Shown here one piece after another: positions 18,903-29,237 of a stretch of 50,744 nucleotides of DNA. This DNA comes from a virus. Lineage: Duplodnaviria; Caudoviricetes. Position 1 is the stretch's first letter. Every line of letters starts with the position of its first letter. Under the pieces are notes generated by a model. That model ran no database searches. It was given only the letters and a program-made list of their open reading frames with translations, and had not been told where the DNA came from. The stretch is taken from IMG/VR virus record IMGVR_UViG_3300030433_001244, positions 1 to 50,744 of that record; one strand, written 5' to 3'. Position numbers and translations under genes: made by a program.

Positions 18903-21752
18903 TTACTTAGCTTTAGATGGTAATTGTTTAGCCATAGCATTATAAAATACGCCTAAATTACCTTTATCTTTTGATCTTTGATGCATATTAAATACATTTA
19001 TAAATACTGAAGTGGGTAAATCTCCCATTGCTTCTATAGCTTCTTCACCTGTATATCCTTTTTGAAGTAATTCATTCTTTATAGGATCAGTTAAATAGTT
19101 AAATACAACTCCTTCATTACTAAAGAAACTATTTTGTTGTTTTTGAGCAGCTTTAATATCATCTTTACCTAATTTATATGTAGTTGCTAAGTCAGTTCGT
19201 AACTTTAATTCAAACTGTTGTTCAGCAAGAAGCACCTGTCTTGCTTTAATTTGATTTAATATAGCATCAGATTTTCCTTCAGCTATATATTTAGCTTCTA
19301 GAATATCTAATTTTTTAATTTCATTATCTAACGATGTTGATTTAAGGTCTAAATCTCGTTGTTTATAATACGTATCAATTTGTTTATCAGTCATATTCAA
19401 CTTGTCTTTTAAATCTCTTCTGTCAAGTTGAGAAGCATTTAAGGCAAGTGCACGTTGTTTGTCATTTAGTTTAGATAGGTTTGTAACAAGTTGAGAATCT
19501 TTAGCACCCTTACCTATTGCTTCAAGAACTGTTTGTCCTCCCGGTTGTGCAAGAATACTAAATCCAAAGTTAGCTAACTGCATCCACTTATCACTATCAA
19601 TACTCTTTCTTTGTTTTTCTAATTCTTCTTTTTCTTTAGCAGTCATATCTGATAATTGTTGTGTTAGCTTATCTCTTTCATCTGTCAAAGAAGTTAGTCT
19701 ATCAGATGGTTCACCTGTTTCAGTTTTAGCTGCAGATAATTGATTAGTCAACTCTCCTTTAGTTGGATCAGTTGATCTAAATGCATCAACAATCATATCA
19801 AATCCTTTTGGATTACGTGCTGCTACTTCTGCTTGTATGTCAGTATCTCCTGAAGCAGGGAAGAAAGACATTGGAAACATTCCTGACTGATCATCAGGTG
19901 TATCCATATCCATAGACACATCTTGTGGTTGTCCAGTTGCATCAGCTTGCAGATTTAAAGGAACAATGGGAGATTTTGGCGCACGTTTTTCAGCTTCAAT
20001 TTCTGCAGCACTTCGTTTTGGCCTTTTATCTAAAGCTACTGTTACAGAAGGTGCACGCTTTTCAGCTAATCTTTGTTCTGCTTCTAGTATTTTTCTTCTT
20101 TGTTCTAAAGCATTATTAATAGAAGAAACATCTCCTGCAGTTCTTCTTAACTTACTTGTTCTATCTTGCATAGCTTGCATGGCTAACTGTCTATCTGAAG
20201 GAAGGCTAGGTTCTTCAGCAGTAGCAGGAAAAGTTTCTCTCATTGCAGAAATTGCTTGTCTTCGTCTTTCAGGCAGTGTTCTACTCCCTATAGAAGCATC
20301 CCGCCTTTGTAATGCTTGTTTAAATATTTCTTCGTTTGTCATGCGAGGAGATACACCTTCATCTCCACCCATACGATCTGGTAAAACTGGTGGTGTAGGA
20401 ATAGAGAACCTTCTTTCAGACCTTGCTTTAGCTTTTTCAAAATCTGTCATACGTTTCATTTGTGCTTCTTCACTAGCAGCAGGAAAAGTATCAGGTGCTT
20501 TCTTAATATCCCTACGACGCTGACGTTCTTTTTCTATTAGTGTTGGAGAAAAATTAGGATCAGATGCAGCTTTTGTTAGTTCTATATCTGACATATTCAT
20601 TAGTAATTCAATCTGTGGTCTACCACCATTAGAAAGAGAAACAAGACCACCTTCTTTAAAACCACCAAATGCTTTACCAATACCTACAGCAGTTGCACCT
20701 AAACCTGCTGCCTGTTGTAAGAATGAAGGAGCAGGTTTAGTAACTTGAGAGCGTTGTATAGTAGATGCAGGAATAGGTGCAGCATAACCACGAATGATTG
20801 ACTGATAATCCTGCAATGTACGCTCTGGGAATGTACGAGCAATCTCGTATTCCTGTTGTGCAATATCCAATGCCTGTTGCTGTTGCTGCTGTCTCTGTGC
20901 ACCAATAGCTTCAAGTGCAGACAACTCTCTGAAAGCCTGTCCCGGTGCTACCTGCCCTAGTGTAGCAAACTGTGCACCTGCAAGACGTTCACGTTCACGC
21001 TGCTGTTGTAAGCGTGCTTGTGCATCTTCATATGCTGCAGCTAAACCACGTGCCTGAATATCACCTAGTTGCTGTTGTAGATTACGTGCCTGTTCTGCTT
21101 CAAGAATTGCCTGACGAGAACCACCAAATCCACCAGCACCTACAGCCTGTGCACCTAGTCGTTGTCTTTCAATATCACCTGCTCTACGTGCTTCACGCTG
21201 TTGTATATCTACTACATTCTGTAGATAAGGATTCATAAACTGTGATACTTGCGGTCCAGTAGGTGCAAATGCACTAGCTGCTGTAAGTCTAGCAGCAGGA
21301 TCAAAGTACTGCTGTCCCTGACCTACAAGACCTTTAATTTGTTCAAATGCCTGTGTCTGTTCAGGAGAAAACTGTGCAATACGTGGACCAGAGAATGGAA
21401 CATAACCTTCTTCTTCTCTACGTTCTTGAATAGCTTGTGCTTTTTCTAGAACATCAGTAACGAATGGTTTTAGTTCTTCAGGAATAGTAGCTTGTTGAGT
21501 AACAGTCTGTGTAGCAGGAGGAGGTGGAGGAGGAGAACCGCCACCACCACCAAACTGAATTAGATTGGTGTGTGGGTTGATTGTTCCTGATCCACCCATA
21601 GCACGCAGAACTGCCATCTCTTCTACATTGACATGTGCAAGTTCAGTATCTCCATCAATACCTTTACCTGACAAGTCTTCATAGAGACAGTTGTACAGTT
21701 CAATCTTTTCTGCTACCGAAAGATCATTGATCAACTTGTTTGCTTCCATCAC
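18903..21752 (-). CDS. Internal virion / ejection protein
   Basis: Gln/Ala-rich, FMNPY...GGFGGSRQAI motif, N-terminal GDTELAHV...TINP domain. Confidence 0.65.
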   Translation of the reverse strand: MMEANKLINDLSVAEKIELYNCLYEDLSGKGIDGDTELAHVNVEEMAVLRAMGGSGTINPHTNLIQFGGGGGSPPPPPPATQTVTQQATIPEELKPFVTDVLEKAQAIQERREEEGYVPFSGPRIAQFSPEQTQAFEQIKGLVGQGQQYFDPAARLTAASAFAPTGPQVSQFMNPYLQNVVDIQQREARRAGDIERQRLGAQAVGAGGFGGSRQAILEAEQARNLQQQLGDIQARGLAAAYEDAQARLQQQRERERLAGAQFATLGQVAPGQAFRELSALEAIGAQRQQQQQQALDIAQQEYEIARTFPERTLQDYQSIIRGYAAPIPASTIQRSQVTKPAPSFLQQAAGLGATAVGIGKAFGGFKEGGLVSLSNGGRPQIELLMNMSDIELTKAASDPNFSPTLIEKERQRRRDIKKAPDTFPAASEEAQMKRMTDFEKAKARSERRFSIPTPPVLPDRMGGDEGVSPRMTNEEIFKQALQRRDASIGSRTLPERRRQAISAMRETFPATAEEPSLPSDRQLAMQAMQDRTSKLRRTAGDVSSINNALEQRRKILEAEQRLAEKRAPSVTVALDKRPKRSAAEIEAEKRAPKSPIVPLNLQADATGQPQDVSMDMDTPDDQSGMFPMSFFPASGDTDIQAEVAARNPKGFDMIVDAFRSTDPTKGELTNQLSAAKTETGEPSDRLTSLTDERDKLTQQLSDMTAKEKEELEKQRKSIDSDKWMQLANFGFSILAQPGGQTVLEAIGKGAKDSQLVTNLSKLNDKQRALALNASQLDRRDLKDKLNMTDKQIDTYYKQRDLDLKSTSLDNEIKKLDILEAKYIAEGKSDAILNQIKARQVLLAEQQFELKLRTDLATTYKLGKDDIKAAQKQQNSFFSNEGVVFNYLTDPIKNELLQKGYTGEEAIEAMGDLPTSVFINVFNMHQRSKDKGNLGVFYNAMAKQLPSKAK

Positions 21753-22180
21753 TCAATTTCCTTTACAATCGTAGTATAATACTTTTTAAAGTTAAACTTC
21801 TTAGTGTATTTTAGCCAGCCATCCCTGACATAACACTCAAGTCTTACTGCTCCTTGCTCTTTACCCCACTGCATTAGTGGAGAATTATCGTCCATTGTGT
21901 ACTCGTACCACTTGCTTATTGTATGTGGCTTAGTTCCTACCAGTGGTAGAGACAATGCTTTATATTTTGGATACTGTATCAACTGTGTGATACATGCTCC
22001 TAGTATTCCTTCTTCTTCACTTGCCAAAACCCATAGCTGCATTTGATTGTGGAGAAGAGAAAGGTAAACATCATCTATGTCTCTTTCATTCATGCTCCTA
22101 TCTACAGGTTTTTTAATAAAATGTTTTACATAAGGCCAAGTAACTTCTACACAGTTTTGTTCAATTCTTATTAGTTTCAT
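21749..22180 (-). CDS. GNAT-like protein (possibly T7 gp13-like)
   Basis: MQLWVL...LGACITQ, WGKEQGAVRLEC.VRDGW pattern; located among ejection genes. Confidence 0.5.
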   Translation of the reverse strand: MKLIRIEQNCVEVTWPYVKHFIKKPVDRSMNERDIDDVYLSLLHNQMQLWVLASEEEGILGACITQLIQYPKYKALSLPLVGTKPHTISKWYEYTMDDNSPLMQWGKEQGAVRLECYVRDGWLKYTKKFNFKKYYTTIVKEIE

Positions 22181-22198
22181 TCTTTACTATTGTTATTA

Positions 22199-22861
22199 TT
22201 AATCACCATCATCACCACCGTGTGCTTGTGCTGCATGAAATCTTCTTTGCCTCTCTGCAAATAGTCTATCTTCTTCTGCCCGTCTTTCTGCTGCAGTAGG
22301 TGCATTAGCTGCTGCCGCTGCTTCTGCCGCATCTTGATCTGCAAATCTTTTCTCCATTAGTTCTATTCTATCTAATGTATCACGTGCAGTTAATGCAGGA
22401 TCGAAAGTAGTTCTTGACAACTCCGTAACATCTGTTACATCTCTAGTTCCTGTTGTATTAGCAGAACTACCGTATGGTTCTAAAGGTATACTTGTTAAAC
22501 CTGTAGAAGGAGAAACAGTTCTACCACCACCCTTATTACCTTGTTGTATAATAGGTGGTGCAGGTTGTGAAAATAGTGGTGAAAACAAACCTGCTGTTGA
22601 TTGAAACTGTGGTACAGGTGGTAACGGTTGTGCTACTACTGGATCACTAGCAAATGTAGGAGAGGGTAAAGTAGCAGAGCCACCACCTTTATTAGATACA
22701 CTTGGAAGACCTGTTGGACCTGTTGGTGACACTGGTAATGTAGACACACCAGCACCACGATTTACCAACTGTGGAGTTGCTGGTGTTGTAGCTGGTACTG
22801 TAGCTGGTGTTGTTGCTGCTGGTGTTGTAGGTGCTACAGGTACGCCTATTGATCCGCCCAT
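22199..22861 (-). CDS. Pro/Thr-rich low-complexity virion protein
   Basis: Coupled TAATG start, PATT repeats, NKGGG x2. Confidence 0.6.
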   Translation of the reverse strand: MGGSIGVPVAPTTPAATTPATVPATTPATPQLVNRGAGVSTLPVSPTGPTGLPSVSNKGGGSATLPSPTFASDPVVAQPLPPVPQFQSTAGLFSPLFSQPAPPIIQQGNKGGGRTVSPSTGLTSIPLEPYGSSANTTGTRDVTDVTELSRTTFDPALTARDTLDRIELMEKRFADQDAAEAAAAANAPTAAERRAEEDRLFAERQRRFHAAQAHGGDDGD

Positions 22862-25587
22862 TATACTAATCCTCTTAAACCTTGTTGTGCATTAAGTTCT
22901 CTTTGTTGCTTTTGTGTTCCAAAAGATTCTTGACGTACACCCTTAATAAAATTATCTAACTGTTCTGATCCTGCATTAGAAGAACCATTACCAAGCATTG
23001 CTACCACATCTGCAGGTATAACATATTCGTCACGACTTAGCAAGGCTTTGTCAGGATTATTACCTTCTACTTCAAAGAGTATTTGATCTGACATACCATC
23101 ACCATTACCAACTACCTGACCTTCAAAGTAACCACCTATGTCACCACCTTCTGCTTTTTTGGGAAGATTATCATACAACTTTTGCATCATTTCCATATAT
23201 TCTTTTCCAACAACAGAAGGAAATGCTTTATTAAATGGAACATCCTCAAACTTTGGTTTAGCTTTTGCTTCTTCTTCTTTTGGTTCTATTTTTAGTTCTT
23301 CTATATTTTTATATTTAGCTTCAGGATTTCCTGCCATATTAAAAACATGATCACCAAAGCCTTGAGTATTTATTTCTTGACTTTTATCATACACTGCATC
23401 ATGTCGTCTAAATCCTGTTGAATTTAATAATTTAAATATTTGATCTTTATCATATCCTCTTTCTTGTAATAAATTAGACAAACCACCTATATCTTTAGAT
23501 AAAGATATTGCTTCCATAGCAGCAGCTTCTTCACTATCAGTTAACTCTCTAGCTGCAGAAAAATCACTAATAGGAGAGTATTGTTTATCTCCCAACAAAA
23601 TACCTCTAATAGTTTTATCTTCTGCACCAAAAAGAGAAGGTTTAATTTTATCATTTTGATTTAATGTTTTAAATCTATTATCTATACTTCTAGCTACTAA
23701 AGCCATACCTAATAAACCTTGATTGCCAGCTTCTCTTACAATCATACGTTTATATAATTCTTCTTGAGGAAGATCACGAATAACATTCATAGGTTTTTCT
23801 TTTGGCCTTGGCGCAAGTTGACCACCCTCTTCTAACCCTACCAACCCACCTGTGTTAAACCCAAAGCTAGTACCAGAAACAAAGGAAGAAGTATCGGCGG
23901 ACTGCCCCGGTGGAGTTGCATATGATTCTGGTCCTTGTGCTACTTGTTGTCCAATAACTTGACCTACATTTTGCATCTGTTGAAACAGTTGCTGATTACC
24001 TGTAGGCTGTTCAATAAACTGTTGTCCACGAGACATTGCCTGATCACGTTGTAGTAGTTCATCCTGCCGTGCACGTTCAGATATCTGTTGTTCCTGCTGT
24101 TGCAACACTGGTGGTGGTGCTGATGGTTGTTGTACTGCTGGTGATAGTTGTGACTGCAATACTCCCTGTTCAGGTGTACCACCCTCTACTAAACCAACAA
24201 GTCCACCCTGTGCAATGTAACGATACTGTTTTGATAGTGGTTGATAACCACCCTCTAGCGCCATACGAAGATATTCTTCTGATGAACGAGCAGGTGACTG
24301 TACACCACCAGCAAGTGTACGTTCACGTGGTACATAGGATGGACCAAGTTCTAATGGTTCAGGTTCTTCATATTCCATAGGTGGTGGTGGTTGCATTAGT
24401 GTAGTAAGACCTGCACCAACATATGTTTTAGGATCAGTAAGAACTTGACTTGCTCTTTCTGCTATAGTAATATCAGATGGTATAAATCCTTTATCTAAAG
24501 CCTCTGCTCTTGTAAATGTTTGACCTTTTGCAATATCTTCTGCTCCAAGTAATTTACTAAATGATCCTCGTTCTACTGCTTTTGGTGCTATAAATGTATC
24601 TTGCAAACCAGTTGTAGCATTAACAGAAGGTCCAAACTTAGCAGCAGGTAAAGCTACTTCCGGTAACGGTGGAGCGGCAGGAGCATATACACTTGCTAAT
24701 GTCTCACCGGGAATACTTGATGATGGTGTTCCAGCTAATGTTTTTGCAAATGCATCAGCATCTGAAAGTAAAGATACTTCATCAACAGGAAGAAGAGATG
24801 TTCCCATACCTTCTGATATAGCTAACTGTGAAAAATCACGTGTACTTCCTACTAAAGGACTAATCCCTAATCCAGAAGCAGTTGATTCTAGTGGAACAGT
24901 AGTAAGAGGTGTTCCAATATTTGTCACACCTTCTGCAGCTAATTCTGCTGCAGATGATGCAGTTTGACCAGCAATATCTGTTCCCGATGCAGCAGTAGCT
25001 TCTAATCCTGGTGTAAGTCCCTGCATAAATCCTGCTGTAGCACCTGATATTAAACCACCTAGTGCAGCTTGTCCCGGCTTTTGTCCTGCTGCTAATCCAC
25101 CTGCAAATGATCCAAGTCCTGCACCTAGACCTACTCCAAGTGCACCGGAAAATAATGGACCACCTATACCGGGAAGAAGAATACTACCAGCTATAGCACC
25201 TGCTGCAGGAAGAAGTGATTTAAAACTAAATGCTTCTGGTAGTCCTGTATCAGGATTGATTGTTAGTGTACCAAGAGATGCAAGTCCTTGTAATTCATCA
25301 GGACGTACATGCAACAACATACTGTCACCATAACGTCCACGACTTGCAAGTTCATCTGCCACAGGTGCTAGTGGTGCTTCATCAATACTGCCACCTTCTG
25401 CTACCGCAGCAACACCACGTGCTTGTGGAATACCTGAGTAAGGATTAAATTCCAGCCCACCCATTCTGTCCATAGCGGCTATATCTTTAGTAGGCATATA
25501 AGCTAATTGCATAGCAGGATTGTTGTCTCGCATATTTAGTAAACGAGTAAGACCTGCTGCTGGTGCGTCTGGATTAATATAGTTCAT
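22861..25587 (-). CDS. Internal virion protein with SleB/Hydrolase_2-like cell-wall hydrolase domain
   Basis: MIVREAGNQGLLGMALVARSIDNR...QYSP...GDHVF; Gly-rich hydrophobic stretch; C-terminal GDGMSD...LSRDEYVIPAD domain. Confidence 0.7.
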   Translation of the reverse strand: MNYINPDAPAAGLTRLLNMRDNNPAMQLAYMPTKDIAAMDRMGGLEFNPYSGIPQARGVAAVAEGGSIDEAPLAPVADELASRGRYGDSMLLHVRPDELQGLASLGTLTINPDTGLPEAFSFKSLLPAAGAIAGSILLPGIGGPLFSGALGVGLGAGLGSFAGGLAAGQKPGQAALGGLISGATAGFMQGLTPGLEATAASGTDIAGQTASSAAELAAEGVTNIGTPLTTVPLESTASGLGISPLVGSTRDFSQLAISEGMGTSLLPVDEVSLLSDADAFAKTLAGTPSSSIPGETLASVYAPAAPPLPEVALPAAKFGPSVNATTGLQDTFIAPKAVERGSFSKLLGAEDIAKGQTFTRAEALDKGFIPSDITIAERASQVLTDPKTYVGAGLTTLMQPPPPMEYEEPEPLELGPSYVPRERTLAGGVQSPARSSEEYLRMALEGGYQPLSKQYRYIAQGGLVGLVEGGTPEQGVLQSQLSPAVQQPSAPPPVLQQQEQQISERARQDELLQRDQAMSRGQQFIEQPTGNQQLFQQMQNVGQVIGQQVAQGPESYATPPGQSADTSSFVSGTSFGFNTGGLVGLEEGGQLAPRPKEKPMNVIRDLPQEELYKRMIVREAGNQGLLGMALVARSIDNRFKTLNQNDKIKPSLFGAEDKTIRGILLGDKQYSPISDFSAARELTDSEEAAAMEAISLSKDIGGLSNLLQERGYDKDQIFKLLNSTGFRRHDAVYDKSQEINTQGFGDHVFNMAGNPEAKYKNIEELKIEPKEEEAKAKPKFEDVPFNKAFPSVVGKEYMEMMQKLYDNLPKKAEGGDIGGYFEGQVVGNGDGMSDQILFEVEGNNPDKALLSRDEYVIPADVVAMLGNGSSNAGSEQLDNFIKGVRQESFGTQKQQRELNAQQGLRGLV

Positions 25588-25588
25588 C

Positions 25589-25795
25589 TTATAGTACCTG
25601 TTTTGGATTCATATAGTTTGATTGTATTTGCGTCATATCAGCATGTAAAGTATTAGGATTATTATACAATGGTGCTTGAGAATACGCCATAGGTGAACCT
25701 GTAGTATATTCAGGTGGCTGTACTAGACCTTTATTTATATTCATAATATAATTACTGTCTTGTAAAAATTGTGCTGTTTTAAATATATTATTCAT
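25589..25795 (-). CDS. Hypothetical protein
   Basis: Fills operon gap; ATG 25795 overlaps upstream stop. Confidence 0.55.
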   Translation of the reverse strand: MNNIFKTAQFLQDSNYIMNINKGLVQPPEYTTGSPMAYSQAPLYNNPNTLHADMTQIQSNYMNPKQVL

Positions 25796-26070
25796 TAATG
25801 AAAGTCCACCCATCCTGTTCCACTTACATAACCTCTATACTTACCTGCACTTGCAGCAAATACTACATCTCCATTAGCAGGTCTTCCTATAGAAGCTACT
25901 GTAACTACTGTTAAAACTTTAGATGCAGGTGTGCTATCAACCAGTACATCTCTTGCTTCGAGAAGAAACTTTAATTCTCCAGCATATGAAAGTAAAAGAT
26001 TGTATAGTTTTTCTACATCATTCTTATCTAAGTGTGCATACTGTGGTAGTTCAGGATAAAGAAAAGCCAT
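25795..26070 (-). CDS. Hypothetical tail-associated protein
   Basis: Coupled to tail tube gene; ends GWVDF. Confidence 0.6.
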   Translation of the reverse strand: MAFLYPELPQYAHLDKNDVEKLYNLLLSYAGELKFLLEARDVLVDSTPASKVLTVVTVASIGRPANGDVVFAASAGKYRGYVSGTGWVDFH

Positions 26071-27944
26071 TATCGTTTACCATCTGGTTGTAGTCCTAGT
26101 CTGACACTACCCCACTTCCATGAAGTACCTGAGTCAGCAGTAGATACTCTAATGTTTGCCTGTCTTCCACGTGCACGAAAGTCAATCTTTTGTGTAGCGT
26201 TATTAATAGTGTATGGTCCTTTTTCAATTGTAGTGCCAGCAGGATACATTTTAGTATTAATTGAAAACTTAATTGAACCTTGATTTATTGTATAGTCAGG
26301 AACAATTTTATTCATAAACATAATCTGATCGCCATCCTGAATATCAAAGTCTGCAGACTCAAGAAAAGAAGACAACGCTTGACCATCGCCAGTAAAGACA
26401 GATGTAGGTTCATTGTCCCAGATATATGTATCGGCAGTAGCAGAAACTCTTCCTGTCGCAACTGTATTTAGGAATACATCACTGTTATTAAATGTTGTGT
26501 AGAAAGACGTACCATAGTACCATGTGTCTTCCATAAAGTTATAGATAACATAGGCATTAGGTTCAGAAGAATCTTCTTTAGGATACAACCAAATAACTTC
26601 GTGAAACTCTGCGTTAACTCCTGCGAAGACTTTATCTTTATTAGTCATATTAAAGTCATCATATAGATAACGTCTTACTGTACAATCTAGTTTTCGTACT
26701 CTACCATCAAAGACAAAGAAGTTATTGTCACTCATCCAGAAACTTGCACCGTCCACATTAATTGCTGCATGTGGACCAATCAATCCACAGTTAGAACCTA
26801 GTTGTGTAAGGTTAAATATAAATGGTGGACCAACAAACTGCAAAGCATACATTGCTTTATCTGTCCATACGTGAATAGCATTACGTGAACGAATACCACC
26901 TTGAATTTGTGTACCGTCAATTAGCTGTAACTCTCCTGCTGTAGAAGAAACTGAAGGTATCCAATTAGAATAATCTTCCTGATCAGACCAGCGAATAAGT
27001 AGAGGATTAAATGTAGATGTACCATATTCTTCTGTACCAAATGCAAGTACATGACGATCATTAGGTGAAACAACAATACTATTTATTTGAGAAGGAGCAG
27101 TACCTACAATTGAAGTTCTTACTGGAGTAGTACTTGCATCTGCATCCCAATGAAATAATTGACTGCCACGACGAACAGCAAGAAGGTCTTCACCAAAGTT
27201 ATCCAAAGACCACTGTGTTGCAAGAAAAGTAATATTAGATGCTGAAGCAGGATCGCTCCATGCTCGTTCTCCTGTTGTAGAAGCACCAGCATTATATACT
27301 CCTGCACCATAACCTAAACCCTGAATTGGATTTAACTGTCCTGTAGCAAGAAGAAAACCTGCTACACCATGACCCTGATTTGTCTCTGTACTGGTAGCTA
27401 CACTTGCTACACTAATATAAAAATGATTTAGTCCTGATACACTTACTGCTTCAAATACTGGACCACCAAATGCAGAGGTAGAAAAGTCTGTACCATTTGT
27501 ACCAAACCCATTAATTGAAGTATTTGAAAACTCAATAAAGTCTCCAATACTAACACCACTATTATTAAGACTTACCTCAATAAGTGGTGAACCTACACTA
27601 GTAGAAAAGCTGCCTTGTGTTCCAATATCACCAATACTAACTGTGCTTACAATTGGTGTAATGTCATAAGGCCAATCACCATCAAGAAGATATAGTTTCT
27701 TTTCTGTACCTACAGATAAAAGTTTAACTGTATTATTATTAATCCAAGTTTTTAAGTCTCTACCTACACCAAGAATATCATTGGTAGTATGCTTTTGATA
27801 ACCTCTTATATTTTCAGGTTTACCTTCTCTAAATCTTACACGATCACAATCAAACCATGAGCCTTCCTCAGAATACTGAGTTGACTCACGACGAATACCG
27901 GGTCTAAAATTAAATTTAGAAAGAGTTGATGCAGTAGAAGACAT
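26070..27944 (-). CDS. Tail tubular/nozzle protein (P22 gp10 / T7 gp12-like)
   Basis: 624 aa beta-propeller-like, IRWSDQED, RARGRQ, C-terminal PDGKR; podovirus gene order. Confidence 0.75.
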   Translation of the reverse strand: MSSTASTLSKFNFRPGIRRESTQYSEEGSWFDCDRVRFREGKPENIRGYQKHTTNDILGVGRDLKTWINNNTVKLLSVGTEKKLYLLDGDWPYDITPIVSTVSIGDIGTQGSFSTSVGSPLIEVSLNNSGVSIGDFIEFSNTSINGFGTNGTDFSTSAFGGPVFEAVSVSGLNHFYISVASVATSTETNQGHGVAGFLLATGQLNPIQGLGYGAGVYNAGASTTGERAWSDPASASNITFLATQWSLDNFGEDLLAVRRGSQLFHWDADASTTPVRTSIVGTAPSQINSIVVSPNDRHVLAFGTEEYGTSTFNPLLIRWSDQEDYSNWIPSVSSTAGELQLIDGTQIQGGIRSRNAIHVWTDKAMYALQFVGPPFIFNLTQLGSNCGLIGPHAAINVDGASFWMSDNNFFVFDGRVRKLDCTVRRYLYDDFNMTNKDKVFAGVNAEFHEVIWLYPKEDSSEPNAYVIYNFMEDTWYYGTSFYTTFNNSDVFLNTVATGRVSATADTYIWDNEPTSVFTGDGQALSSFLESADFDIQDGDQIMFMNKIVPDYTINQGSIKFSINTKMYPAGTTIEKGPYTINNATQKIDFRARGRQANIRVSTADSGTSWKWGSVRLGLQPDGKR

Positions 27945-27951
27945 TTATATT

Positions 27952-28857
27952 TTATCCAAAAGATGAAACAAAAACTGTATCTATAGCTGAAACACCTCTT
28001 ACATTGTATACTAGTAAATCTACTGAACTTGCAGATGTAGACATAACAGGCGTGTTACTATTTGGAAAATTATAAGCATCGCCAAACGCTAATGTCCTAC
28101 TTCCTGTACCATCTTGAATAACATATATCTGCCCTGTCTGTCCTACAACAGCGTTACTAGGATTTTCTAATGTACGATTACCACCTAAACTAACAATAAA
28201 GTTTGTACCTGTATTTAAATTCAATGCGATAGATGCTGCATCAGTAAGAGTTACTGGTGTACCTGCAACCTGTTTTGTAAAGGTTGCTTTACCTACATTT
28301 TGAACTGAAGTTGTAACAGAGTTAAATGCTGCAGCACTAGCAAATATTTCAGTGGCAGAAACACTAGTAGCAAAACCTACTGCACTTGCAAATGTATTCG
28401 TATCAGTAAATGTATTAGATGCAGATAAAAGAGCAAGACCTTCAGTACTTTCTGTTAAAGTAAATACTGAAACACTATCACAAACTAACTGACGAATATC
28501 ACCGGATGTAATTGCAGTGCCACTACCAGAAGCAGTTTTAACTGTTATAGTAGCAGAATTTTCCCTAGTAGTTTTATCATTTACAATAAAACCTTTTGAT
28601 TGTTCAGGCACAAGTACATTAAGACTAGAAGATACAGTTCCTGATAATTCAAGAAAAGCTGATCTAGCCTGATCTGATGTACCATCAGCAGTTGTCAATG
28701 TTACATCTATAGAAGACACTGTAATAGTAGTATATGCAGCAATAGCATCATCAACCAAATCAATTACATTTTGATTTAGAATTGCACCCCAACTATTAGG
28801 GTTTTCTCCATCACCCTGCTTCTCTAGTCTAATGCGAGTAGTGTATGTACTTGCCAT
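27952..28857 (-). CDS. Tail needle/fibre protein with C-terminal adaptor-like domain
   Basis: MASTYT...GENPNSWG N-terminus; C-terminal TLTDAASIA...QDGTGSRTLAF domain. Confidence 0.65.
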   Translation of the reverse strand: MASTYTTRIRLEKQGDGENPNSWGAILNQNVIDLVDDAIAAYTTITVSSIDVTLTTADGTSDQARSAFLELSGTVSSSLNVLVPEQSKGFIVNDKTTRENSATITVKTASGSGTAITSGDIRQLVCDSVSVFTLTESTEGLALLSASNTFTDTNTFASAVGFATSVSATEIFASAAAFNSVTTSVQNVGKATFTKQVAGTPVTLTDAASIALNLNTGTNFIVSLGGNRTLENPSNAVVGQTGQIYVIQDGTGSRTLAFGDAYNFPNSNTPVMSTSASSVDLLVYNVRGVSAIDTVFVSSFG

Positions 28858-28859
28858 TC

Positions 28860-29234
28860 TTAAATTCCTTTATCTGGTATTCCAGCAGCTACTATATAAC
28901 CTGCTAATAGTTTATTTTTAGGTGATACTATTTTCATTATTGAAGTTTTTTGACCTTTATAATCTATGTATTCTCCAATTACATCATCGACAATAAACAT
29001 TGCTGGTGGTCTAAGAGCAATACAATCTCTGGTAATTCTTTTTTGCACTATTAAACTTTTAAATTTTTCTATGCCTTTAGAATCAGCTAAAGCAATATCC
29101 ATTATATCTTCTTCTTCCCTACAGATAAAAAATGCTGCTATCTTATCACCCTTCTTCCAAGTTTCTTGTGCTGTGATACAACTGGGCAGTATTGTAAAAC
29201 AAGCAGCAAGAGTTATGGCAGCTAATAGTTTCAT
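28860..29234 (-). CDS. Exported / possible lipoprotein
   Basis: Signal peptide MKLLAAITLAAC (LAAC lipobox-like). Confidence 0.55.
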   Translation of the reverse strand: MKLLAAITLAACFTILPSCITAQETWKKGDKIAAFFICREEEDIMDIALADSKGIEKFKSLIVQKRITRDCIALRPPAMFIVDDVIGEYIDYKGQKTSIMKIVSPKNKLLAGYIVAAGIPDKGI

Positions 29235-29237
29235 TTA

